Shown here: positions 33,201 to 47,387 of the stretch, piece after piece | Layout: every line of letters begins with the position of its first letter | Numbering within the stretch: the stretch's first letter is position 1 | Source of the DNA: Marsupella aquatica | Taxonomy: Eukaryota; Plantae; Marchantiophyta | DNA length: 64,000 bases | Reading direction: 5' to 3' | NCBI GenBank assembly: GCA_973895155.1 | Contig: OZ316893.1 | Span: forward strand, 25,285,520 to 25,349,519 | The notes under the pieces: model-generated | Told to the model about the DNA's origin: nothing | Seen by the model: the letters and a program-made list of their open reading frames with translations, nothing else | Databases searched by the model: none | Translations under genes and position numbers: made by a program

Positions 33201-35099
33201 ATTTGGTTGCATGTAGTGAAAAGGCATGATTTTGACAATTGCTTGTGATGACCATGTTGTCAACTTTGGCCTGGAAAGCAAAAGTATTTGTGTGGCAGTT
33301 GAAGGAATATCAAACTGCTCAGGCCATAGCTCAATGGGTCCACAATGACTATGTGAGAAAATTTAATCTAAACAGTGCAAAATGTAGAATCTGTCATACT
33401 TGTCCAACACAACATGACTAACAGCTTCCCTTCCTTGTCATACTTCTCTCTTCTCAAAGCCTATGCTCTGCCCTTATCCAATTGGTGAATAGTTGCGTCA
33501 AGGTCACAAGGCTATTAACCTCTAATTCAAATTTTGCCAAAGTCAGACTTCAGTGAAATCTCCGGAATTTCCAATTATTTGAAGTACATTAACAAATCAA
33601 GCGACAAATCTTCTACAGACAGAATTCAGCTACTAGAAAGCTTAGAGTTTGTTGTTGAGAAAAGCAAACTTCTCAATTCATCTTGAGAAAGTAATCTTCT
33701 CAACTCAAATTGAGTGCCCGTGGCACTTTATTGGTCAACTGTAGTGTCATCCAATGTGCAAATCAACTAATTTATAAAAAAACTGCGCCTGGGATTTATT
33801 AATGTTCTAGAATTAGTTAAAATATTTCATAGATCTTAAGTGTTTTAATGCCCGCCAGCAGAGCATTATGGACCTGATTAGCCTCTCAAATCTTAATAGC
33901 TTAAAGCTCTCATTTTCCTGGTCATTATGAAGAAGATTGCCTAATCACATTTGGATGAGTTCATTAAGTAATGTCTCCTATACTTTCACTAAAATTTGTA
34001 ACACTGTCTCATCGTAATAATATGTGTTAGCAGAGCATTTTGGACCATAATAGCCTCAGTCACAATTTCAGCTGAAGCTAATATTACATACATTATTTTT
34101 TCTCAAACAAAGACTATAAAATGTAGCCAGGGGGTCAATTAATCTGGGTGTGGTGGTACATTCAAGTTGTTTGCCAACGTTGTGGTCTAAACAAGACTAC
34201 CTTTTTCTAAATTTGCACTCTTACTAGATTTCCAAGCTAGTGAAGGCTCTAGGGAATAGTTGCCCTCTCTTCCATCTCTCTGTCCGCAGGGGGAACTTTA
34301 GGGAACTGAGGGGGGGAGTATCTAGTGACCATGAAGCTCACAGTGTGACCAAGGAAACCCACACGGGCAAGCACTAGGCAGGCGGTAGGTCATAATGGGT
34401 TTATGCAAAGGGATGCAAACTCTCATACAGAAAGTAAAGTCACCGAAAGCACTAACACAAACTTTCACAGGCCCACTAATGGAACTGCAGGGCATTAACC
34501 AGGGTGGGTACAGTGCCAGGCTAATGATCTACCTTACACTCCTGCTGAACTCATTGTTCAAAAGCCCCTAACTCTATATCTTCGAACAAAGATGATGATA
34601 GACAAGGGCCAGAAATAACATATTATTTTATAATCATAATCATAATATTAAGTCCAGGCAAAGCCTAATGAAGAAGGGACCCTCATCTCTTAATCCTGAT
34701 CTTTATGAGTGCCCCATATGGTATAGAATAACCCTGATATTCAATCATGCCTCGTCACATTTACCATGTAGTCAAGCTTGCCCGATGGTAGTCCCTGTGG
34801 CTTCCCATTTCGCCCCCTATGGATGGAAGTTTACCTGTAAGGCCTCTTAGCTAAGATCTCTCCTTAAATCTAGGAATATCTAAAGTTCTCAAAAAGGTGT
34901 AGAATCTAAGTAAAGGATATTCCTAGCATGGTTTCACAGAACGTTCCAATTTCCACCTGGACTATGAAAACCAGAACTAGTGCGAATAAAAAGCCTTCCA
35001 AGTTACCCTAGTGAGTTTGGGTAAATTACGTCAGCAAATGTCCCCCTCAGTAAGTGCCCAAATGTACCTCAATGTTTTACAGTGAGACTTAGATGGACT

Positions 35100-35360
35100 A
35101 GGTTATTTTTTACCCCCCAAAATTGTGGATTCTGTTACAAAGTAGAAAGTGCTATCCTTTTTATCCTCAAAATTGTGGGTTCTGTTACAAAGTATAAAAA
35201 CCATTACTTTTGTGTTCCTCTAGGCTGCACTAAAATAAGACCATTCAGCGCTCTACCACGCTTTTTAGTTCTCCAAAGTATAAAAACCATTACTTTTGTG
35301 TTCCTCTAGCTGCACTAAAATAAGACCATTCAGCATTCTACCAGGCTTTTTAGTTCTCCC
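35100..35360. repeat. Short local direct duplications
   Basis: caaaattgtgg(a/g)ttctgttacaaagta twice; caaagtataaaaaccattacttttgtgttcctctag...ttttagttctcc twice. Confidence 0.75.
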
Positions 35361-37234
35361 CTCAATAAGGTGTTAGTTTGCTCAATAGGGTGTTAGTTTT
35401 CAAGGCTCCTTTGTATATTTTTTTGGGTCTTTGTTCCTTCATTGGCTTTTGGTATAGGACCCTTTGGCTTGTTTTTCTTGGGGCTCTTTCTCCTCTTTTT
35501 CTCCCCTTCATTGTGTTGCTTTGCCCTTGGGATCTTGTCTCCAATTCCAAAAAAATTGCCCTTGGGCACTCTCATATATATTTGGCTATCATTCTTTGTT
35601 TATTAAATGGTACTTTTATTAAAGTAAAACGATTCGGATATCTTCCCGGGTACACTTATGAGGGGTAAACATCCAGAAATATAACTTTTGACTCTGAGAA
35701 CATACACTGCGACCTCTTATTCAGACCCGCACGATATTTCTGATCGACGGCCAGAAATCATGCCACGTGTTAATCTGGGTCGATACTCAAGTGTTTCGGG
35801 GCTTCATGTTCGTGACATCTCTGAAGGTTTCACGTTGCTGTGAAATCAATGGTGGAGCTCTCGCGCTGGCAATTTGGAATTGGATTCTGCAGCACGAAAG
35901 CCGAATCCATGCCGGAGGGCGATTTGCAATTGGGGTCTGCACGAAACCTGAATTGCTGCTACTGCTGTAGATTCGGGCATATAAAAAAAGGAGAGAGATG
36001 ATGAAGAGAATTCAGAGATTGACGCATCGATAGAATCATTTCGCAGTGCAGTGCTGCAGCGGTTCTGAGCTTCGATTGCGGTACACAGCTCGTGACTCGT
36101 GAGTTTCTCCACCGCTCGCTCTTCTCCTGTGTCAATGCTGGCTTTTCGCTCCGTCCAATCGTCAGCACCTGCAAGTTTTTTTTGTACTGTTGGGTGCGAA
36201 TTACGGCCTTCCGCCCTTTCGCTTGTTGCGGATGTCTGTTTTGCCATTCGTACTGTCGTTGACTGGTTTTGGGGTTACCGTAACATCACTGCTTTCGTGT
36301 TTTGTCTGCGGGAATTGATTTCGGGAATGCTGAGAGACAACTTTCTGTATCTTTGGTCCGATTTCGGGAATGCTGAGAGACAACTTTCTCTATCTTTGGT
36401 CTTTGGGTTCTGCTTTATCAGTAGCTCGAATGACCTTCCGTCCTTCCCGGCGCTCCGCTTTGAGTTACTAATAAAGTCTCTCAAGAGAATCGGTCCACTG
36501 GAGTCTGGAGAGCTTCGTTGCATGCTAACTGTCGTCACTTGCCGATCTGAATGCGTCATATTGCACGGTGCCCCGGTCATGAGTCGAGAATTCAGAAAAA
36601 TGAGAAAAAAAATTACACTGGAGAGAGCTCGATCCGATCTGTCGAGGCTTGTTAGGATAGAATTGTGCAAGAGTTCGTGGGCCAGGCCAGTTCTGCGAAT
36701 GATGTGATGCTGATGATTATGATGACGGTGATACCGGTACCGCTGAATAATACAATTTGGGCTCAACAAGTGAAAATCATACACATTGGGAAGAGTTTGT
36801 TGGAGATGGAAAGGTCGAGCGGAGCCTGCAGGTGTGCTCCTTCCTTCCTGCTAGGGAGGGCCCACCCAATCTTCTCTCGGGACTCGCTTGGTATTGGTGC
36901 CAGACTGTAATCAGTCTTGCTGTTGCTTTCAGTCCTCTCCTCTCCTGTCCTCTCCTCTCCTCTCCTCTCCTCCTGTGATTGTGCCGTCAGCATTTTGTCT
37001 GTAGAGGGTTGTACTTGACTTTCGTGTGTCCGCCTTTCCTCACTTGTAGGAGCTCCTTCTGTCGCTCGCTAGCCTACCTGCGAGGCTGTTCGGAGTTCCA
37101 ATCGACACTGGCGTTCGTCTTCACTCCTCGCTTTCCTTTGATACCTCATTCTTTTGACATTCTCTTCTTCATCCAGTTTTCTAGGGCAGAATACCGGAGG
37201 AGGAGGTTGCCGTGCTGATTTGAGCGCAGCAGCA

Positions 37235-40200
37235 ATGGCGGCCATCAGTAGCGTTGCTGCAGCAGGTGTGTTGGCGGCAACGAGCGCCGTGCGCCACCGT
37301 GCCGAGCGGACGAAGGCTTGTAAAATTTCTTCAGTTGCTGCCTTTCAATCGGCGGCCCTGACCCCTGTGTCTGCAACGAGGAAGTCTTCTACTTCTTCGA
37401 GTGCGAGACGTCAGGTGGTGTGCTCGGTTGCTGCTACCCCCGCACAGTCGACGCGATCTCAATCGACCGAGGTCGTCGGGAGGCCGACGATCCTGGTCGC
37501 GGAGAAGCTCGGCGAAGCAGGACTGGAGCTGCTGAAGAGCATTGCCAACGTGGACTGCTCCTACAATTTGTCGCAAGAGGATCTGTGTGCGAAGATCTCG
37601 CTCTGCGATGCATTGATCGTGAGGAGTGGCACGAAGGTCACGAGGGAGGTGTTTGAGGCGAGCAAGGGGCGCCTGAAGGTTGTTGGTCGTGCGGGGGTGG
37701 GAATCGATAATGTGGATCTCCAGGCCGCCACCGAGGTCGGATGTCTGGTGGTGAATGCACCGACGGCGAACACGATCGCAGCAGCTGAGCACGGAATTTC
37801 GTTGCTCACTGCCCTGGCCCGGAATGTCGCCCAGGCGAGCGCATCATTGAAAGCTGGTCAGTTCTTCATCCCACCCGCCCTGTTTTCCACTGCGTAGAAT
37901 GAAAATCAATTTGCTTTGAGCGATGACCACATAGCCTTTCAAGTACTCTGTTTTCCATTTCTTAGAACGAGAAAAAGTGATGACCACATGACTATTCCAC
38001 GTTCCTCGTTAGTCAATTATCAGTACCGTCGCCCTTTTTTAGGCTCGCTCTCTTTTACTTGTTTCCACTCTGTTGGAAAACCAGGAATTCAGATCACCTT
38101 GATATGTTTAGAATTGTGTCGATTCACACCAGTGTACTTCCGTGACCTACCGGTGCATATGCCGTCTGCAGTATCCTTGTAGTTGCCTCTTTCCATATTT
38201 TCACGAAGCTGCTCTTTGCCTATTCTCAAGGAGTTGGGTAGTTTTGCTACTTTTCCTGGCACGGATTGTAAGAATTTTCGTGTCTTTGCCATGCTTATTT
38301 GAAGCACTCATCCTGTTGCTTGAGTCAATTTTTTTCCTGACTATAGCTGTAAGTGGCCATTTCTATCCCACAGTACCTTTTGCAGTAGTAAGTTGCTTGG
38401 CTGTCAACTCCTAAATCCGATTCCTGTTGATGAAGTCCTGAGATTTTAGGATGTTTGGTGGAGAATTGTCTGGCGAAAGTGTTTTCTGTGATGTCTTGCC
38501 GACCTTGGGTTTTGCTTGAGGACCTGTTCCAGTCAGCACAAAAATTGGAGTCCGCAATCCAGAACCCAAGGAAGACAGTAAAGTTGGCAAGTTTAATGAC
38601 CTTGTTTTTCGAGCGTGAATTTGGTGCATTCCTTAGTTTAGTCTTTCAGCAGTTCTCAATTGTGTCCATTTCATCCCAGTTTCACCTTTCGCCAGAAAAT
38701 TAATCCTACGAGGCAGCGTGGCGCTGTAGTACTCTGAGATCAATTTCTTGAAAAGATCTGGTTCAAAGGAACTCTAGCTCAAACTTTGTTTGAGCTTTGG
38801 GAATCGAATATATCCTCCTAAGTTTTTCCCATTTATACACAAGACTGAGGATCGCAGCAATTTGGAACTGACATTTGTATTGGCACAATGCTTGCTGGTT
38901 ACCGTATTTTGCAGGAAAATGGATGCGCAACAAGTATGTTGGAGTGTCTTTGGTCGACAAGACTATTGCTATAATGGGATTTGGAAAGGTCGGCTCGGAA
39001 GTAGCCCGCAGAGCCAAGGGTCTTGGCATGGTCGTCATTGCCCACGATCCTTACGCTTCCGCTGATCGGGCCCGAGCAATTGGCGTGGAGCTCGTATCCT
39101 TCGACGACGCGTTGGGTCGCGCTGATTTTATCTCACTTCACATGCCACTTACCCCGACAACCAATAAAATATTCAACGATGAAAGTTTTGCTAAGGTGAA
39201 GAAAGGTGTCCGCATCGTCAATGTGGCCAGAGGGGGTGTTATTGATGAAGACGCATTGGTGCGTGCTCTTGACAGCGGAATTGTTGCTCAGGTAAGTACT
39301 CGACCCAGCCATCATGTCTGTAAATCTTGTAAGAAGATATAGATGGACGAGGCGTGAAGTTAATATGAGAGGCTCATTATGGTTCCCACAGGTGACAACA
39401 ATTCTCCAAACCCTGAGCTCTGAGCAGCCATAGCTTCTTTCTCTTGTTAAGCCGTGGATTTGAATTTCATTCATCCTTTCTCTTTTATGACCCGGAATTG
39501 CAGGCCGCATTGGATGTGTTCACAGTGGAACCTCCAGAGAAGGATAGCAAGTTGGTCCAGCATGAGAACGTTGTTGTCACTCCTCATCTGGGTGCCAGCA
39601 CTACGGAAGCGCAGGCAAGAACGCACTGCCTACCTCCGTTGTTGTATCCACAATGATTACCTGGAAAGCCTGGGATCTGCCTGCACTTTCTTGTGTGTGA
39701 TTTTGACGGTAGACATTCTGTACGACTTGATTGTAACTGTGGTTCTTGAACTGCAGGAAGGTGTAGCCGTTGAGATTGCAGAGGCTGTCGTCGGAGCCTT
39801 GCAGGGCGAACTAGCAGCTACAGCTGTCAATGCTCCTATGGTTCCAGCTGAGGTGTGTATGATACCTGTCTTCCTTCAGTACATAAGCAGTGCTCGCCTC
39901 GCTTTCATGTGAGACTTTCATACGCAGTGGGAAGAATGTAGGGCTTGTGAAATCATTTACTTGTATAGGATGGGAGAACTGAAAAGCCAATTGATCACGG
40001 TCTCTGTGGTACATTTCAGACCTAGTTGTCCATCCAATGTTCAGTGATCATACGCTGATCGTAACTGTGTTAAAGGATGTAAATGATGATCCGAACACTG
40101 AGTCATCGAGGGACGATTGAGCCTAGAGCGAGGCAGTTTTCTATTACCTGCTTTGGTTTATGACTCATTTGCACCAAGTGAAGGAATAGCTGGAAATAAA

Positions 40201-41111
40201 GACTAGGTTAAATTGGTGTACTTGGTCCCTAATTCACGGTATAATAGATTAAATTTCTGGATGACTGAAAATGAACTTTTATAAGCCTTGAGCACTGTAA
40301 AGCTCTGAAGATCCCCTGTCGAGGAGAGCATTTTCTCTTCTGTGTCGTTTGTGATCTGACTCTTGCCTCTGTCGTGCGATCAAGAGTATTGATTGCCTCG
40401 TCGAATACTATTCTGATCGAGTGTTACGGCCATGTTGAGCAGGTCTTGGCAGAATTGGCACCATACGTCACTTTAGCCGAGAGGCTTGGTAAGCTGGCAG
40501 TGCAGCTGGTTGGAGGTGGTGGTGGTGTAAGAGATGTGAAAGTGACATACACCTCTGCCCGCGCGGATGACGAACTGGACACGCGTCTACTCCGAGCTAT
40601 GATCACCAAAGGGCTGATTGAACCTGTATCCAGCGCCTTCATCAATCTCGTTAATGCGGATTACGTTTCTAAGCAAAGAGGATTGCGGATCAGTGAGGAA
40701 AGATGCCCCTCTGAAGGCCCTGTTGAGATCCCACTCGAAAGCATCGAGGTGAAGATCTCTAATGTGAATTCCAAGTTTGCCACAGCTACCTCGGGTGGTG
40801 ATATTACCCTCGAGGGGAACGTGAAGGCTGGAGTCCCCTACCTCACAAAAGTAGGCAGTTTCGATGTTGACATCAGTCTGGAGGGAAGTATCATCCTGTG
40901 CAGGCAAGTTGATCAACCTGGCATGATTGGGAAAGTTGGCAACTTGCTCGGGGAGGAGAATGTCAACATCAGCTTCATGAGCGTAGGCCGAGATTCACCT
41001 CGCAAGCTGGCTATCATGGCCATAGGTGTTGATGATGAACCAACCAAAGACGTTCTTGAGAAGATTGGAGCCATTCCAGCCATTGAAGAATTTGTGTTTC
41101 TCAAGCTGTAA
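37235..41111 (+). CDS. PGDH: D-3-phosphoglycerate dehydrogenase, plastid-targeted; exons 37235-37856, 38915-39291, 39504-39614, 39757-39852, 40443-41111 (624 aa)
   Basis: Ser/Ala-rich transit peptide; [31 protein letters not shown]; C-terminal ACT domain DQPGMIG; exon phases join without stops. Confidence 0.96.
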
Positions 41112-41839
41112 TTGATCCTCAATTTTCTGTTGAGGATTACTAGTTTGAATTCGCTCTCAAGGCGTGTCAGGTTGCCCACATTTTTGCAGGAGAGGTGGGA
41201 TCGTAGCATTTCGTTGACAGGAACGGTCCACTACCACACTCGTGAAGTGGATATAGTCTAATGATATTTTGGATCGTTTACGAGATCTGAGGTGCTCGAG
41301 AGCAACTTGTGCTGGACAATCTTCGTTCAGTCTACGACAGTTTAAAGGTTTTCTTAGTCCCTGAGAGAACTTTGATTATTAACAATTTTGTTCGAAAGAT
41401 ATGGAGGATGATTACTACCATAGCATTTCTGGGCTTTGAATTGCATCCCACATTGGGACCAAGAATAATAATAAAGGCCACAAGAGTGGGTATTAACCCA
41501 AGTTCAGAATAGAAGTTCCACTTGTACTCTCTGACACCAGTTCTCATTCACTCACGAGAATCCAGTGTTACTGATGGATACCGAAGCAATCACTTCTGTG
41601 TAGTATCCATTGAATTGGGGTGAATCTGGGCTACTCATTCTTAAAGTAATAGCCACAGATAAGAATTGACATCAGGTGAATCTGGACAAGTGTCAATGAC
41701 AAAGATTGTCTAAATCTCCCTGTTCCTCAGGGATTTCATTTCGACAGCGTGTTCTGGCCCTGACTGGATACAGTCAGTCAAGAAGACGGAGGAACTCAAA
41801 ACCAACTAGTGTACTTTCAGCTATTCCATCTTGACAACC

Positions 41840-42120
41840 GAGGATGCTTGCAAATTATGATTAAAGAAATCTCAGCGCTCTATGCATGTTCGGTTCCAGT
41901 GATTCCATCATCACAAGCTTGGATGCTTCGAAATTTCAATTCTCGAATCTCAGCGCTATATGCTACTTGGTTCCAGTGATTCCACCATCACAAGCGAGGA
42001 TGCTTGGAAATTTCAATTCTCGAGACTCAGCGATGTATGCCAATTAGGTTGCGGTGAATTCCACCATACCAGGACAGGATGCTTCGATATTTCAATGCTA
42101 GAAACCCAGTGCTATAGCGA
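41840..42120. repeat. Degenerate tandem repeat, ~75-bp unit, 3-4 copies
   Basis: Recurrent ctcagcg...atgc...ggttccagtgattcca...ggatgctt(c/g)gaaatttcaattctcga. Confidence 0.7.
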
Positions 42121-42899
42121 GGAACACAAGGGTAGGAAATCAATTCAATGAAATCTTTAACGGCAAAAACGGAATCAAAGTAAAAGTCTTTTGTGACTTA
42201 CCCAAAAGGCTAGGGTGAATCTCTTGTTCGTGCCGGGCCTTCCATATATATATAGCAAGGAGTCCCGCCTTTGTCTGGAATCAATGGTGGTAGAGATTTC
42301 AGATCCTGTATTTTGCTCCATTCTAGGAATGAAAGTGGCAAACTTCCAGAGACTGCTAAGTTGCTACAATTGCAAATTACCAGAGACGAGACGGATACAG
42401 TACAGCGTATCATACAAAATGCGGAATCGAGGAGTAGGTCGTGGAGCAAAGATTGGCATCAATTGGCCTCAACTGGCATCAACTTTCAACCGTTCAGCGT
42501 GCCGTAATTCATCACGAATCATCCATAAAGCTCTGTTATTGGCTACATTTGGCTCCTGCTATTTCACACAGCAGGCAATCCACACATTGAAAACCAACCA
42601 CAGAATGTGGCTCCCCACACTCGAGACAACAACCCACACGCGTGAGGATTACCAACCTGGCCACAAGATGGCATTAAGCCATTAACAAGTGGGTCTGGTA
42701 TCGGGAGCCGCTTTGCTTTGTAATTGTTCACGATTTGATAAAAATCCTCATTACTAAACGCTTCGTCGCCATTATTGAGCCTAACATCTATTTCAGCAAA
42801 TTAGCCTGGTCAGCTGTGCAAGCCAGCTCGTAGCTATTCAAGTAGAATCCCTAGTTTGATTTTATCACCTGTGAAACAACTCTTTTCTGGCGTCTCAAA

Positions 42900-43004
42900 A
42901 CTCAACCTTGAGCCCAGCTTATTTTTTAAGGTTTTTACTTTTTTGCCAGACTAACTCAACCTTGAGCCCAGCTTATTTCTTAAAACTTTTTACTTTTTTG
43001 CCAG
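42900..43004. repeat. Tandem duplication, ~54 bp x 2
   Basis: actcaaccttgagcccagcttattt...tttttacttttttgccaga twice. Confidence 0.8.
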
Positions 43005-43080
43005 AGTGGCCAATGTCCAGTGTGTGAAGGAGAAGATGCTCAAAATATGCTTTATCTGATTATTTTCCTGACCGTCACAC

Positions 43081-43234
43081 CTCCCTAGATTTAAGGATGA
43101 CCATTAGATTCTGGCTAATGGGACCTGTGATGGGACACTGGTTAATGAAACAGAAAAATACTAGTGATTTTTTGCCAAAAATGGCAAAAACTTTTTGGGG
43201 AGGTGGAATTTGGCAAATTTTTGCCACTAAAAAA
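43081..43234 (+). repeat. Dispersed repeat, copy 1 (second copy at ~61967-62122)
   Basis: Shared ctccctagatttaaggat...gattc...ctaatggg...ttttgccaaaa...aatttttg...actaaaaaaa. Confidence 0.6.
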
Positions 43235-45811
43235 ACAATGCTGCTTGGGCCTGGTTGCAGGTTCACGGTTAGTCACTTTACGGGAACAAGTTATGATTAC
43301 AGAAAATGGGGAGGCAGCATTGACTTGCCCCCATGAGGCAGAGGTTGTGGCCTCACCTCAGTCTCAAAACATGTATCTATTTCCCTTCCCTCTTGGTAAG
43401 CTGCCACTGGCCCCAAATGTAGTCCCTATTGCCATGTGAGTCCAAATTCCTGGTGCCTTCAATTGTAGCTTTCTGGATTATTCAATTTCCACATTTCAGG
43501 ATTTGAGCCTAGACTTAATGAATATAGTTATTGGTTAATTGTTGAGCATGTGGACTTTCTTTGCTTGAAGACAATCCTGTTATTGTTGAGTTCTGTTTGA
43601 GCCTTCTTTCTTCTTGTTCATAGCCTAATGCTCATGCTTTGGACATCACTAATTATTGAGGACATAAAGTAGTTCATTTCATTTCCCACCCCCACAGTAA
43701 TGGTACATTTCTTCCCCTGCCTGGCTAGAGTCACCGTCTAGAATCTTTCCTCTAGATCATAGGCCTTATACTAGCTTCTCTTTGCTATTATATTGTTAGA
43801 TTATTGTACTTGTAACACTGTCTAGATTTGGCCATTAGCTGTTCACACTGTTGCAGTGATAGATCTTTCTCTCTTTGCTTTTCCTCTATCTAAGTTTTGG
43901 GGGTTGCATTGCCCTCTTCTTTTGAAATTGGTGCTGGTCATTTGTGAACCTCTTTTGCTATCCTTCCATTGGACTTTGTTTAGGGTCCCATTTAGGGTTA
44001 GTCTTAACTCTAACAAAAAATCCAGTGATGTGGATCTTTTGAATAAGTATTCTGAGCAGCAAACTATACAAATGACTTAAACTATATTTCCTTTGGACAA
44101 GGTTGTAGTTTGCCGCAACATGTAATGTTTTTTTGGCACATTTAAAGAATTAGTTTTCTACAAGTTTTAAATAGTACATTGCCACTAAAGATGGTGGAAT
44201 TTATAATGCTGCCAATGTTTTTATTGTATTTAAAAATGTGTCATTTTTTTGATACTGCTCCCCTTGTTACGTTGGTGAACTTGTCCTCCTTTTGTGACAC
44301 ATTTGTAAATAAACAAAAAAATGTGACAATATTGTCAATTAGAATATCTTTAGTGGCCAAGTACTTAAAAGTTATATTTTTTAAATACTAAGACCCAGGC
44401 AAGTTTCATCTGGAGCCAACCCCAACCCACTGCCCCACCCAATTAAGTCAGTGAAGATCCCGAGCATTGAATGTCAAGGAGCATCCTCAGCATATCTCCC
44501 TGAGCAACCTCAAATCCATTACAGAACAAGGCTTTAAACCACAGACTTGGAATATAAAATCAGGTAAGGTAAAGTATTGATAGAATCTTGGGACAACCTT
44601 CACATTGGAGAAATAAATCTATAGGAGAGCCTCTTCTGTCATCCATCATTTCAAGAGGACTTTTCAACTTGTACTGCTAACCAAAAGACTAGATCTCTCC
44701 TTTTCTAGGAGAAAAACAGTTTTATGGCAAGACGCCTACAGTAGATCTCTCTTTTATCTTTGGCTGGAAATGGACAGACAGATCCACCCATCAGTAGACG
44801 ATCATCAGAGTGGAGCATAGATTCTCTTTTCTCAGGACACATAATATGACATTTCTAGTTGATGATTATATAAATCTGATTGATATATTGGATGCAACGT
44901 ACTGGCTTTTCAGGTTATGATTGGGAAAAAGGAAGTTCTCAATCCCTTCAAAGGCTCAAAAATGACTAGAAGAAAATTGCCATGTAGGGGAATTGCATGG
45001 CACGTTTGTATGCGAAAATCTTGGTCTCGACTTTAGCAAAACCTTAGATTTGATTGGATCATCATAATATGTGTCCATTGGAGGAGACACGGACAGACTG
45101 GGATCCTCATCAAACTCCCACTTCACCTTAATGAAACAAAAATTAACTACAGTACTCTACATCTTCTGTTTTATCCATTTTCACTAGGTATTCCTTCCCA
45201 TATTGTAATATGACAAAATTATCCGCCCACTGGGTAGACTTAGGTGGGAGACCCCACCTAATACCTTAGTAGACTATAGTGATGGGCTATGCACGAAACC
45301 AAACAAAAACACTACGACGTAGTAGGAAGAACCCATTTCTTATAGTCAGAAAGACAAAATGTTGTCCTTTTCTATTAAAACCAGGAAAACAAAATTGGGA
45401 AAGAGCTTTTCTCCCATGGATACCACTATACCAGCTCTCAAGGCCTGCTGTAAAAATGCACTCGTCTTGTTTATCATAGTCTCAATCATGAGGATTGGTT
45501 GCTTTTGATTGAAAGCCAACCAAGCTAATGCTGTCGTCTCGTGCTCATGATGCCAAAGCTAATGATTCTATACTATATATTGTATCTACTCCCTTGCTGG
45601 AGAAGGTCTACTTCTAGTCTGCACCTTTTTTCCAACTCATGTCATGATTGGATTCTCCAGCAAGATTGCTGGCTACCATTACTCTAATTATCCTATGTAG
45701 AAGATACTTGTGTGCTTCATTGTAGCATTGTCAGTGGATGAGACCACCTCTGACCTCTACCACCTGGTCTACCTTTCAACCACGTCCCTGACCGAAGAGG
45801 TATGTAGCTGT

Positions 45812-45912
45812 TTGGTTTTCTCTTTGAATATTAAGTTCCTTTGCCCCTAATTAACTATATGGTTTTCTCTTTGAATATTAAGTTCCTTTGCCCATAATTA
45901 ACTACATGGTTT
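45812..45912. repeat. Tandem duplication, ~48 bp
   Basis: tggttttctctttgaatattaagttcctttgccc(c/a)taattaacta twice, followed by decayed copies. Confidence 0.75.
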
Positions 45913-46730
45913 CTCTTTGGCTATTTGGTTCCTTGGGCAATTTAGTTCCTTGCCCAATATTTAGCTATTTGGTTTATCTTTGGCTATTTAGTTGCTGTAG
46001 TGGGGAACTCTTGTGCTTTTTGGCTCTTTGGTTTGACTGAGGTTCTCTAATTAATATATATTACAGCTAAAGAACAAAAAATGCCACAGCTGAGAAATTG
46101 AAGAAATTGAAGCTCAGATGGACCGCCATGTTAGAGAGAGTGTTGACATAATTTATCCGAACTCATCCATGTGAGTTTTGGGCTTACAACTTGATGATTA
46201 TAAGTCTTCAATAAAATTTTAAAATTTCACCTGCAAGGTGACTAGAGAAGGAGGAGACTCAAAAAAACACAAACCATAAGATTTCATATTAACACAATGA
46301 AAATTAATTTAATAGAATTTACCCCTCCTCCTTCCATGATGAATAATTCAACCAAAATGGTAAAACATTCACTATCACTTTGATGAAAGTGTTATTGACC
46401 TACTCCTCTAGCATATCCTCAAAACTAAAGATATTTGAATTTATAAATAGTACAATTAAACTTAAGTTTTGAGAAATATGATCCATGGGGGTTTCAAAAG
46501 ACCAAAACTGTGACACAGCTGACAAGATCACAAAGAGTAGAAAAAAACGAAAAACCAAAGAAGGCAAGAATGAGCAAAAAATGCCTGAGAGTCTCCTATT
46601 AAAAGAATTGAAGTGGAATCTTTCATGGCCAAAAAAAAAAAACCTCACTCTCACAAAACCCAACGAACAGAAATAGCTCAATTCTGATTTGAGCTAAGTC
46701 TTCGAGGAGAGCATCTCCCAAGTGGCTGAC

Positions 46731-47387
46731 ATGAGAGAATTTTCTCATCCCATCTCTGCAACAGGACATGTCGGACTAATTTAAGGCGAGGCTTTGGAAG
46801 CTTTGAACGTCGACAACGAAACAGGAGAAGCATCAATCTTCAAGCACGAATCCTTCTTCTTCAAACTGGCTGATGAATAGAACATTCAACTGAGGAGATA
46901 AGTTATGACGTTCGTGATTCGCCTGCCGTTGCAGTCTGGAGCCACACCCATCTTCAACGCGATCCTGGCAAGCCAAGAGACGCCATTGCTGTACCAATTT
47001 AAGGAGTTCGTTAGGTTCCTACCGAATATAAGCTTCCAGGATAAACGGATCGATTTACACTGTGCTCAAAATCCCGACAGATTGTTTGGCACTGCTCTCC
47101 TGATATGAGCATCATTCTGCAGTTGCTGTGCTGATAAATAAATTTCGCCAAGGGGCGGAGCTGCCATCGACATCATGGTCGACTAGCTTGCGATGCTTCC
47201 CGAAACGGCAGGCGGCGCTGGCCAATTTGTTCCTGAAGATGAGCAGCTGACGGCTCTCGCCATCCTTGTCCAAACGTTCCACGGTTCCAGCATAATTATC
47301 AATGAGTTTGATTGGCACATGCTTTCTCTCATTACGCGCGCACCGAAACAGTGGCCTGCTCTGTCTCCGTCAATGGCGTCCACTTAA
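46731..47387 (+). pseudogene. Possible decayed coding sequence, unknown product
   Basis: ORF pieces 46905-47108 and 47193-47387 share one frame with ATG 46731, separated by several stops; GC-richer than the flanks. Confidence 0.25.

Noticed and set aside
36099-36784. Overlapping 170-200 aa ORFs upstream of PGDH
   Set aside because: No domain-like content; most likely the GC-rich 5' UTR, leader intron or promoter of PGDH.
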